A stretch of 64,000 nucleotides of DNA, from positions 5,890,001-5,954,000 of the forward strand of contig OZ234493.1 of the NCBI GenBank assembly GCA_965153455.1, written 5' to 3'. Position 1 is the first letter of the stretch; each line of letters opens with the position of its first letter. The notes beneath the pieces were generated by a model that was not told where the DNA came from, searched no databases, and saw nothing but the letters and a program-made list of their open reading frames with translations. This DNA comes from Sphagnum compactum (Eukaryota). The translations under genes were made by a program, and so were the position numbers. Positions 1 to 11,670 of the stretch are shown here, one piece after another.

Positions 1-2689
1 CAATTCATGTGACTTATTTAATAGCACTCACACCCGTAGAAATATCTTGAGTTGCAAATGGTCATTGCAACTCAAAAACCTAATTCCAAAGCCAATTGCA
101 AATCACCCCATTTTCTCATAATGAATCTTGAGAAATTTTTTTTTTCCAACATAATTATGTTTTCCAACAAAAATTGCCACTTTTGTGAATTCAAAAAGTT
201 GAAGGAGTAAAAACATTGCATTGATGTGGTCACCATTTTAGAATTATATTTGTAAAGGATGAATGGGTTGTACAAAGGTCCAACATTTTGAGCTTATGAT
301 GAATCTATGATAGGTTAAGTTTCAAGTGGACATCTTGAATCTTATTGGTGTTTACTTCATCTGAGTGAAGAATGGTATGTCATTGTTACATCTTCAATGC
401 CTACTACCTAAACTTACTACCAAAAAACTACTTACTAAAGATCCATCAAATATTTGTTCTATGATCCTTTGGAGAAATTATCAAAGGTAGCTAGGTGTTT
501 ATTTATTTATTTTAATATTCAAGTAAGCTCATTGGCAAGGATCCCCAAAAGGAACTAGCAATAAATGACAACAACTTATGGGGGACAATTTTTTTTCTTT
601 CAAAAACCTTATTGCAAATGGTGACCTAACTATTGCCTAGGTCTAAATATGGTGATTTTATTTTATTTTTTCAAAAAATGGCAAAAGAAAACTTCAAATC
701 TATGAATTTTTCATGATTCATTTACTTTTCTACCTAAAAAAACACTAATTCATATCATTTGTCAAATCTAGGAGCTATGTTAACATGTAGATGTTCAATT
801 GAAATGCAAAAACATCTTGGAAAATCATCAAATGGTCCTATAATGGTGTATGAGCATCTTATTAAACCCAAGATACTTAAATCATCTTCAATAACTCTTT
901 ACACAACAAACCAAATAATCTTATGACAACATAAGATTATTTCAGCATATTTGATAAACCTATATCTCCCCAGACATTGTTTATTTTACATGTCAATTTA
1001 CTAATGAAGGAAAAATTGTTTTGCAATAACACAACATGTTTGATCACTTTTTATAATTTGATCATGTTTCATTATGGTCAAAAATTGACATTCAAGGTGA
1101 ATAATTTTGTGTGGTATCACAATAAAATCTTGTGCACAATTAAAACTCCACTATTGTTGTACATAAACATTCTGATGCGTACACGAAGATTATATCACAA
1201 TCATGCAAAATTTTCAAACCACAATATTTTAGTGAAACAAAAACATATTATCACAAGACAATCCATAAAATCAAGTACTTACATAATCATAATCAAATGC
1301 ATTTTACCTTGCAAGTTCAAAATGGTTGTGCAACATGTCAAAATATTTGTTCACAACCACACAATGATATTATCTTTAACTAGGGCTCCGCATTGCTATG
1401 CACAACCCTTTACGCAATAAGCATGTAGAATGTTTAATTGCATAAATTTCATGACATTAGGATGAAATATAAACACTATAAGGACTTCATCCACAATAGA
1501 ATCGATAATTATTTCTATCCATTTTTTCTTTTGGCACCTATCAAAAAAGCGATGGCATTTCCTATAACCAACACTTTGTTGGGCACATTTTTTTGAAATG
1601 ATTGTCACCTGTAATTAATCACATGAATCACTTGTTGGTTGGAAAGCAACAAATGTAAACAAAATATGTGGAAAATCCAAGATGGGAAAATTTCTCACTT
1701 TGATTACACCTCAACTGTTGAGCTTGAGATCAATGTCTTCTTGCTTAATTTTTCCTAGGGTTTTTGGTTACTTGTGTGGGATACAAAAAATACATAATTT
1801 CAATGTTTTTAATACTTAGATATGAATACACATTGTGTTAAGGCCTAGGAAGATATTTGTGGATAAAGTCATCTGAATGGGAAATTTTTTAAAACGAACT
1901 AAAGTAGGGAAATCAAAGGATAAGTTTTTTTATGATGGGGCTTAAACACTTTCAATGTATTGCTTTGGAAAGAATATTTTACATATATCAAACTTTTGGA
2001 AAAGGAGTGATATGTTTTGCATTGAAGCACTTTTTAAAATGTTGCCTCATTTTAGGGTATGCATATATTGATTTTTCTACATTTATATTAAATGCAATGC
2101 CAGTAGCATACGCAATAACAAATAAGCCACGTGATGATTAATTGAATTGTTGCATTACATTTGCATAAATATAGTTCAAGTTATCGATATTTATCAATTC
2201 ACTAATTTTTAATTTTGTATTTGCACAAAATATCTTATCATGTGGGGTTTTTGAATCATACAAAATACATGGCATATATGTGTTTCAAGGGTTTAATGCT
2301 ACTAAAATCCAATGGTTCATATTTATGTGTAGATATTGCAGGCATTTGTTTTCAAACCTTCTACTTTTGTAATATATTGAATTGTGATGATATTCATATC
2401 CTTGATGTTGTAACTTTGTCTCAAATAACACTTTCATTGTAGCATTGATATGTTGTGACCTTAACCATGCTATATTATCCATCATTGTTTTTCATCAAGT
2501 TTAAATAAGAATAAGTCTTCATGCCAATATTGATCTTTGTTATATGGTTGAACAAATGTTGAGCAATCAATGTTCTTTTTTTTCTTTATGTGAGGATTAT
2601 TGTTTTTTATTTGTGGATCATGTATTTTGAATATGTTTGATTGCATTGGATTTTGTTATAGAATCATGGAAGATTTTTCTTTTGGGCTT

Positions 2690-4950
2690 TCAAAAAAAAA
2701 ATGTGGATTCATGTATTTCATTGCACCTTCTTAGAAATTGATGTTTTTAATATCTTCAATTTGAATATCTCATAGGATTACAAGCCCTTCAATTGATCGT
2801 AAACATGAAAGAATCGCATATATGTTGTGCATTATAAACACCATGTGATTTGGTGGTTTATACAAATCAACAATAAGTTTGTCAAAAGTTTGATTTCGTA
2901 CTTTATAATTTGTTAAACAAAAAATTGGATTTAATGGAATTTTTTTCACTTAATAATAATAGTATAAACATGTTCAGGTCCATCATATTGATAATTGAAA
3001 TTTCAAAAAATAGGAATTATAAGAATGACATTTTTAGTAAAACCATTGAAATTTATGTCTTTTGAATCCAAATGATTAGTATTGAATGTATTGAAATCTA
3101 CAACTGCATATAAAGGAGTTTCTATGAAAGTTGAGTTTTTTCCTTTAATAGAATCATCCATCACAATTTCACGAACCATGCCTATGGTCCTATTTATGAG
3201 CCCAAATTTAAAATATAAATTTTGTATGAGCATGACCTTCATGCCTTTGTATAGTTTTAAGAATGGATATAAATTATTGTTATTAGAGTTTGAAATACAT
3301 TGCCTTATGTTGCATGTTTTCACGTAAAGGTTTGTTTTTATACGTATCCTTGGCAATAATTGTATAACATATGGAATTCTCTTTTTTTGAATGATATTAA
3401 TCATGTGGTGATTAATCATGTCTTTTCATTCATTCTGACGAACAATGTATGTAGCTTTATTCCAAGGGTGTTCAAGTAAATTAATTTGTAATTTTGATAG
3501 AAAACAAGATTTGAGCAATGAAAAATCATCTTTAGTAATTTTATTTTCTTGTACATTATTGAACAATTGAACATATTGAATGTCTTCACTTTGTCGCATT
3601 TTTTGTGTCAAAATTATTTTATTTGGCATTACATAATTTTCCCATGGACTTTTTCCAATGAATTTTTTTTTTTGTGTTTATTTTGTGAAAGTTAATGGAG
3701 GTTTGATATTAGATGTATATAAGGGTATGTCACTTATAGGTGGAAATTGCATGAAGACTCCTAAAAACATAATATTTAATCCACCAAAAGGTTGAAGTGG
3801 TGAAGATTTTAACTTTTGTAATTTAAGATGTATTTTGGTCAACATGGTATATCCCACCATTGATACTTCATCAATAATCAAATAATGAAATTTTGACCAA
3901 TCTTCATTTTTTTTTGTAAATTTCGAAAATCAATATTTCAATCAATTGTTAAACCTATCAAAGAATGGATTGTTGATCCACCTATTAACAAAGCTACACT
4001 TGCAGTGAAAGTTAAAATTTTTAACATGTGAATGTTTTCTTTTAAAAAATGCATTTAGAATTCTAATAATTTGACTTTTCCTAGTTCTAGCAACACTACC
4101 TAAATATATATAAAATTTTGTTCTTTAAAATTACTATATAGTGAAACAATTATGAATTCATCAAATGCTTTAATTTGTAAATCATTCAAATTGAAAGTAC
4201 CTAAGAAGCACTTCATTTAAAATTGAATTATGAGTATTGGTGAACTTTGATGAAAGAGGATTATGAATATCAATGACCATGTCCAAAAAAATATTTTCCC
4301 CCTTGCATTGATTTGGAAGGTTAAAATTTTCATTCTTGCATTCATAAATAAGGTTTTTGTTTTTGTATTCCTAATTTTTCATATGTGTTATTGATGAAAT
4401 TAGGGTTCAAGTTATCATTGGTTGATTCAAGTTCTACATTTGAATGATTCTTATGAAGTGATTTCAATATTTTGATACTATTTTTAAAATTAGAGGTTTT
4501 TGACAAATTTAACTATCATATCATATGGTTGATTTATATGATAATGTACATCATTTTTATGCATGCTCATAAGTAGTTTTAATATGTCAAACACATTTTT
4601 GTTTACTTACGTGACACATAAAATATTAAATGTCAAGTGCTAGATTTGATTTGAAATTTTATTTTTTATTTACATTGTTGTCATTAGTTTTCTTGATACA
4701 TATCTCAATATCATCATTATAATCATCGACATTTTTATTGTAAAGGGGATTTATGAAGTCATCTATATGTTCTTTTCATCTTGGCATTCATTTTCACTTT
4801 GTTTCATCATTCTATCAACATCTTTTAATTCTTTACATTCATGTAATATTCCAATGTTTTTAATAATAGATTTATTAAAAGTTGAAACTTTTTGGTAAAC
4901 AACGTTAAAAATTGCATCCACGATATATTTATTGATTTCTTTATATCTAT
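2690..4950 (-). mobile_element. Decayed Helitron RepHel fragment (PIF1-like SF1 helicase plus upstream linker), 5'-truncated
   Basis: PIF1 motifs appear in order on the minus strand across frameshifts and stops: motif I LGSVARTRKSQII (~4100-4065), Ia TASVALLIGGSTIHSLIG, II IIDEVSMVG, PFGGLNIMFLGVFMQFPPI (III), LTQKMRQSED (IV), LKLYKGMKVMLIQNL..GLINRTIG, V FPLNPIFCLTNYKVRNQTFDKLIVDL, VI IYAILSCLRSIEGLVIL. ORF 4763..5026 contains NIGILHECKELKD, like the Helitron Rep-helicase linker. Confidence 0.85.
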
Positions 4951-5345
4951 GTAAATTCTGCAGGTGTGAGCAAAATGCAAATAATATGAGCATAATTTTC
5001 AGGTTCATTTTTCTGTGATGGTACATCTCCTAATACACCCCATGCTAGCAACTCCCGTACACTATCCACAAATCTGTTTGGGTTATGAAGAAATCTGCAT
5101 TCTGCAATGTGGCAAAGGAGGTGATACTGTATCTTGGTTTGCACATTTATAATGGATGGAGATTAGCTAAGTACATCTTCATGGATTTGTCTCTGGTAAC
5201 TGGTTGGCTTTGCATTTGGGGTGCATGTGCCTTTCATCAGTATATCTTTTGATCACAATGACATATGTTACAATTTCTACAGTTTGTTGGTTGGGCTGAC
5301 AAGCATGTGTCAAAACAAAAATTACCTGTGTCACTGAACTTGCAG

Positions 5346-7879
5346 GGAGGACTTGTATTCTCAAATGTTGTGACAACAGTGTCCCCTACATATGCTCAAG
5401 AAGTACTGAGGCCAGAGGTTTGTGAAAAATCATATCTCAATGTCAAGACTGTTTATGAATCTAAGAGCTTCTTTTAGGAAACTTAGTCGTGAGATGAGAA
5501 GGCTTTTCTTGTGTTCAAGGGTGCCATTAATCATCTGATCACAAGACTTCTCATTTGCAGGGTGGCATCAAACCCTACGTCAACACTCAAGAAAGTTTTT
5601 TGGAGTTCTGAATGGCATTGATGATGAGGCATGGAATCCAGTTGCCGACTCTCTCCTTGATCACCAGTACAGTGCAGATGACTTGAGGGGGAAGGAAGCG
5701 AACAAAACAATGTTGAGAGAACACTTGGGACTGGCAACTCAAGGGGATGATGCCAGAAGACCACTTGTAAGCTGCTATCCATAGTGTTGAAGGTTGTCTT
5801 GAAAGCTTGCATCCTGGTGATCAAAGCCATAAGAGCGAGTCATGAAGTATCTGTTTCTCCTTCACAAATTCCAGCAATTCTTCTGGATAATCCAATCTTG
5901 GTCATGAAGTCCATGTTTGTTCCCCCCACTCGTTATCTATCATTGATTGAAATGAGAGTTTTCACATATAGACCTGTGCACACAAACCTCTGATTACAAG
6001 GAAAAATGTCCTTTCATGTTTCGTTGGTTCTTTGGAGGAGATTTACTGGAGTTGGGGTCTAAGAGGGGAACTGGAAAGGTGAGGTGGCCAGGATGGGTGT
6101 ATAACAAGGCTAGTGCCACAAAAAGGTGTGCACTTGATACGCCATTCCATTTACCGCACATTAGAGCATGATGGCCAATTTATCCTTCTAGGCTCTAGTC
6201 CAATTCCTCATATTCAGGTGCGGCTCATGTTGCATTGGGCCCATATATACATTCTTTCAAAATGTTTGACAAGGATGGATTTAAATTTTCTATTCAAACC
6301 ATGGTTGTAACTATCTTTACACTGGTGGTCTATAGCATGAGTTTGAAGGAATTGCACGCCAATTTGATAATCACCCTCAAATTCGACTGGTGTTAAAGTA
6401 TGATGACGCCCTCTCCCACTCTATCTATGCTGCATCGGACATCTTTGTGATCCCCTATATATTTTAGCCTTGTGGTCTCACACGGGTCAGGTGCTCCAAT
6501 TTTACTTTGACTTTTCAAAATGTTGAGCTAGCAAGGTGATCAATCTATTTAAAAAGCAGCCTCTTTCAGCTTGCATTATCCTTGGCCTCACTCCGCAAGG
6601 TGTAGGTCTTTTGTAGCTGATTTTAACAGTGAAGAATTAGACTAGTTCAAGAAAAAATGTTCACACAAGTACATGATGAAGTTTGCATCCCTTTTAATAT
6701 CTTGTTTTGTGTCATAAAAACATAATTTCTGAGTTTAGTTGGATGGCACTGTAATGGCCAACATTGAATCATTTTTATAGCAGTTATTTGTAATATTTAT
6801 TGGAGGGTTTTTTGGCGTAACATTCACTGCCCTAAGGCATTTTGGTGTAATGTGCAGTCATAAATTATTGCCTTGGTTTTCATGCTGGGTAAGACCCTCA
6901 GAGTGGGGCATCCCCAAATTTTGGGCCTGAGCTTGTGTCTCAGCTCACAGTAGGTCCTTGTTTCAGGAATGCCCCACTACTGGGGCCTTACCCTACACTC
7001 AGTGAGGAATTCTGTACTGATTTAGTGTGTGCTTGCAGATGATAGCAATGCAGTATGGCTCCATACCAGTGGTCCATGAAACTGGAGGACTTGCAGACAG
7101 GTGAGTGCACTTCTTCACCACACTTTTCTTCTCTCTATAAGAAATCATTTGCACCTTCAGATCTCAACAACCAGATTCATTGCCCCTGATATTATAATTA
7201 TTGCAACAATTTCTTTCAATTCAGGTTGCTTTCACATGGCAAGATAGGTGGTATCCTGAGCAAAGAGAAGACAAAATTTTGACAAAGTTATGTGTTTCCT
7301 GACATGACAGTGTGTTTGATGTGGATAACTAGAGCATTCCCATTGAGAAACGCAATGGCTTCTCATTTCAGTCACCTGATGAAGAGGTGAGAAAATGGTC
7401 AGAATGTTTAATGGCACCATGTTGTGTGTTTAAGATGTCAAAATGTCAAGGAAAGAGAGTGGGGACTGTGCATAACAGTTATGTGTGCATGTCAGGATTT
7501 CTAAGGGTTTATGTTTGCAAGCCCCAAGCAAATTTCCAGAACATTTGGACATGCAATGATGTCCATGATGTTGGACCGTTTCCATATGACCATCATACCT
7601 GGATTTCCTGACAGGTTAATGATTGCAAGGTTTCCAAAAATTTCCAAGGGATTCCACACTTTTGACATAAGTGGTTAGTCTGTGCTCTCAATGTCTCCTG
7701 TGCAGGGATTGAATTGGGCTTTGGACCGAGCAATCTCCTACTACAAGAAAAAACCAAATTGGTGGAGGAAACTGGTGAAAAAGGTGATGAAGATTGATTT
7801 CAGCTGGGACATTTCAGCTGATCAGTATGTGGATCTTTACAACCAAATTGTAACAAATGTGCACATAACCAAGGCATGA
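5346..7879 (+). pseudogene. SS4: Soluble starch synthase 4-like (GT5) pseudogene, 3' part only. Exons 5346-5417, 5561-5766, 6092-6217, 6336-6485, 7039-7100, 7311-7386, 7706-7879
   Basis: GT-AG bounded exons translate to GGLVFSNVVTTVSPTYAQEV / KFFGVLNGIDDEAWNP...GKEANK / GCITRLVPQKGVHLIRHSIYRTLE..GQFILLGSSP / YDDALSHSIYAASDIFVIPYIF*PCGLT / MIAMQYGSIPVVHETGGLADS / VFDVDN*SIP...NGFSF / GLNWALDRA...DFSWDISADQYVDLY, matching the plant SS4 C-terminal half. Disabling lesions: frameshift near 5565, TAG at 6465-6467 (FEPCGL Glu) and TAG at 7330-7332. Confidence 0.92.
6887..6993. repeat. ~107-bp foldback / MITE-like inverted repeat in an SS4 intron
   Basis: The left arm gggtaagaccctcagagtggggcat pairs imperfectly with the right arm atgccccactactggggccttaccc. 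Confidence 0.7.
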
Positions 7880-9214
7880 GTTCTGACCCAATGCTCCACT
7901 CCCTGTCTCCAGATGGCAAACTATGTTGGTTGAGGGTCATATTCCAACTCTATGATTTTGATTCCTAGTTTGTCAACACTCGTTCACTCTCCAAAGGAAA
8001 TATTTCCCCTAGAGAGTCCCTCACTGGATATGACATCAGGTCTAGTCCAGATTCCAATGGGCCACTCAGATGTACAGTCCTTCCTCACACGAGGAATGAG
8101 ACCCAGAATTCTAACCAATTTGAGGATTCTACTGAAGTTTGTGACAGCAAAATTCTGGCTGCTCTTTGCTGTACATGAGCACTAGTGTATGGTGAACACT
8201 AAACATGGTTCAATTGCAACTCAAATGATAGCTAATCTCCACTCTTTGGAAGGCATAATACATCTAGACAATTTGGAATTGCAACAACTCTTTGAGCCTG
8301 TTCAGAAAATACTTGTTCAAACACAGATTATTTGTTTCTGCTGACTTGAATAACTGAAAAACCTTTCTTGAGACTCAACTGGTTTTGGAGTGAGATAATT
8401 CATGTACTTTTGAAGGCTTTTCTGTATTTGAGATTGCCTGTGGTTTCAGTTTGATGTCACTCACGGTGAAAAGTAGGATACAGCATAAATGCCAAGAGTA
8501 TCTTATTCACAGACCTTTCACTATGTCACTATGTGAATCAACTGCAGAGACATTGTTTATGCCCTGTTAGACCTGTCTCCACCTAACAGAATGCAACCTT
8601 GCCCTGTTGAGCTCCCCATGTCCCTAGGTGGAATAGGGTCTGTTTTGGTTTCTGTCTGTTCTGGCAGAAGTGATGCACATTAGTCCTAATCCCCCAGTTC
8701 TGTTTCCTTGACTTCCACTTAATGCAAGCACAAGTGATGACAACATCAAAGTATTATCTCTACATAGATAATGACCAACTCCATCATTAACACATTCATA
8801 TCACCAAGATTTCTACGAGTGCTAATTAAGGTCTTCACACAACTGATGGGACATCTTTTTCTGTGTTTTTGTTTGTCACTGAGAATATTCATGTCATTGT
8901 GAAGTTGTTGCATTTTCAGGGAATGTAAGCAAATACCAGCTGGGGGATAATATTGCTTGTTCATTGCAATGCTTTTATGCAAGGGATGCTAGAGTACTGG
9001 TATTCAAGGAGATGTGATATCAGTCTGGTATATACGTATGTCAAAATCTATTTTCTTTTCAATAGCACTCTAGGAATCAGGATATGAGTAGATCAATCAT
9101 CCAGAACAACAGATATCAAGTATCAACTTCTCCAGCACGTGTAGGAATTGACTATGATCAATGGAACATGTTTTGAGACCTATAGGAAAATGCTTCGGTG
9201 CTCAAAACCAACAA

Positions 9215-9330
9215 TATATATACCAAGTCAAAATGTTACAAATAAGCTATGTTACACATAGTTTGAAACTTCCTCCATCTTGCAAATTGGCATTCATGTT
9301 GCCTTTACTTTAACAATTGATGCATTCTAC
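9215..9330 (+). mobile_element. Short relic of a Ty3/gypsy integrase C-terminal region
   Basis: Translates QISYVTHSLKLPPSCKLAFMLPLL, resembling the KIGxVAYRLxLPPSxKIHPVFHVSLLK motif. Short and degenerate. Confidence 0.35.
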
Positions 9331-10740
9331 AACTTCCAAATGGATGGCTTATAACAGGTGCACAACAAGGAAGAACTATTGTGATTACATGCAAAAGTTA
9401 ATACATGTCTAGTAGGGTCTAGGTTTTTGACTGTTGCCTTAGATTCATACTGGGGACAACATCACTGCGCTCAGGTTAAACAAGCATGGTAGGTTCTTTC
9501 ATAGCAATGCAAAGATCTGGCTCATACTGGCCCCAAAAATGTATACCGAATGATGGAACTTTCAGTCTCTTATTATACCCCATTCACACATAGTGTTAGG
9601 ATGCTACTATGAAAATAGGTTAACACTTTAGTTCACGTTATAAAACTAACAGGTATGATAACTTTACCATTAACCTCAATGATACATTGCTATGGAAAGA
9701 TGGTACATCACACAAAGTCAGTCATGCAACATTTTAATGATATTGATTCACATCTATGCGTAGAGGTAGCAAGAAAAATTATCATCATGTCATCACTTCG
9801 TAGCTTTTTGCACAACTTCGCATCATTTTTTGCATTCACAATGTCAAGGTTTTTGCATTGTGTCAAAGCTTTTCTTAATGGTCATCATCTTTTGTACTGT
9901 CATTTTGCTTTCTATTGCCTCACCATCACTCTTCCATCTTTTCATGTCTGCATTCGGTCTACTTCAAATTGCTTCATTTGCACTTTGTATCTATGTGATG
10001 TGCACCCCATTTCTATTATATTGCATCACCATTGCAATCAACTGTACTTTTTCATCACAATTGTCATGTCCCTATTGCTTGATTTTGGCTTCATTATTTA
10101 CAACATTTCACAACGAGCTTTGACAATTTGTTTTTCTTACAATTATGTTGTAATTGGATCAAGACCTATTGTATTTCAATGTGCACATTGAATTGATGGA
10201 TGCAACCAAGATTCATAAAGCTCTTGTAATTGGGTGTATAATGCTTTTGATAAAAATCCTTCAAGAGCTTGTTATTGCCGATCTAGCTTTTTCAGTTTTG
10301 AACTTTGACACAACCCTAGAAGAAATTTCATGCAATTTTTTTCTTTTTGCAAGGCTTCATGATTTTCATATGTCAAATGGTTTCAATAGTTGCAATGTGT
10401 GGGGGTGGAAAAGGACAACATTTCTTCTTGTGTTAATAGAGTTTAAGGGTGTAATGTTGCCATAAAAAAAATTAGTTTAGGTTGGAACTACATTCTACAA
10501 GTGATCTATAGGAATTTTACCAAAAACATATATATTAAATTAACATTAACATTTCAAAATTCTAAAGGGTGTACAAAACCTTTTTGTGACATCTTTAGAT
10601 TTTTGTGGGTGCCTAATGTGGTGTCCAACAACCTTATAGAAAATATAATACTATGCATATTTCAAAGACTGAATGCATATGGTACTATTGATATTTGTAG
10701 TTGGAAAACTAAGATAATAACATGTTTAATGGACATGTTT

Positions 10741-10833
10741 TAATTCTTGTTTTTCTCTCTCCATTTGAGAAAGTCCATTCACCCGAATTTCATCTGCTTT
10801 TACTTTTGCTCGTTGCAAGCGAATTCGAGCTTG
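10741..10833 (-). pseudogene. atpF: Plastid atpF (CF0 subunit I) fragment, part of a NUPT
   Basis: 31 uninterrupted codons [31 protein letters not shown] match the plastid AtpF stalk segment (ARxRL..A..[17 protein letters not shown]), bryophyte-like form. Confidence 0.8.
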
Positions 10834-10836
10834 TCC

Positions 10837-10869
10837 AAGCACGGAGATTAATTAATCAAATTCGTGGTC
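10837..10869 (+). pseudogene. Very short plastid rpl22-like fragment within the NUPT
   Basis: Reads [10 protein letters not shown], close to the Rpl22 motif KARRVINQIRG. It is only ~33 bp, so support comes mainly from its position between two other plastid fragments. Confidence 0.45.
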
Positions 10870-10920
10870 CTCGTCTCTGGATCGATTTTTATACTCACTA
10901 GGTTTAAGTCTTACTCCGGT

Positions 10921-11010
10921 GTCAGAGAGGCCTGAAAGATGGTGGCTTACCCTGTGGCAGATGTCAGCGGTTCGAGTCCGCTTGTCTCCAGCCTGTAATC
11001 TGAGCCAATA
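10921..11010 (+). pseudogene. trnA-UGC: Plastid trnA-UGC group II intron 3' end, exon 2 (10956-10990) and start of the downstream spacer (NUPT)
   Basis: GGCAGATGTCAGCGGTTCGAGTCCGCTTGTCTCCA is the 35-nt 3' exon of plastid tRNA-Ala(UGC), with T-arm AGCGG-TTCGAGT-CCGCT. It is preceded by ...ggtggcttaccctgt, the end of the trnA intron. No 5' exon is present. Confidence 0.88.
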
Positions 11011-11670
11011 CAATGGCATACGTGTGATAGCATGAAATAAGTATGATAATAGGCAGGTACTCAATTATCTCATTCAGTTTGAAAGAGTTGTAGTTTCTTT
11101 TGAAGTTGGATTTGCCTAAAAATGTTATACAAGGTTGCAACCTTTTTTGAAGTGAATAATTAATTGAAATAATGTTTTAGACAATTGAAATATTATTGAC
11201 AATGTAAATAAGGTTCTACGTTTCTATTTTCATGAAGATTACAAAGTCAATTAGGAAATTTTTTTCTTTGTGTATTCTTTTCATGTCAATGGATATTTAT
11301 GTCCCACAACTAAAGTAAGAAAATATTTTTGAGCTTGTTTAATGCTTATACAAATGGATTATTCTTATGGCAACTTGTACCTTGTGTTAGAACTATTGTA
11401 ACTTAAATTTGAATCATGGACAATGATGGAGAATTTGACAAATGAAAAATCAATTGGTTTTACAATGTTGCATAAATCCATGGTCCATGTTTAACTATAT
11501 TGAATGTAAATCATTAAGTCCAAACATGACTTCAAAAGCTGGAACTAGGTGTTCCCATATTCCATAATTAACATTTGACATTTGTTAGATGAACTTGTTT
11601 GATGTATTTCCAAACTATGTGGCAAATAACTAATTATGTTATTGCAATAAGGAAAAAAAGGAAAGAAGCT

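Noticed and set aside
9655-10465. Plus-strand ORFs of 178, 97 and 103 aa
   Set aside because: Composition is typical of antisense shadows of a decayed minus-strand ORF, and no motifs are present.
10956-10990. Functional nuclear tRNA-Ala gene
   Set aside because: Only the 3' exon is present, preceded by plastid group II intron sequence. There is no 5' half.
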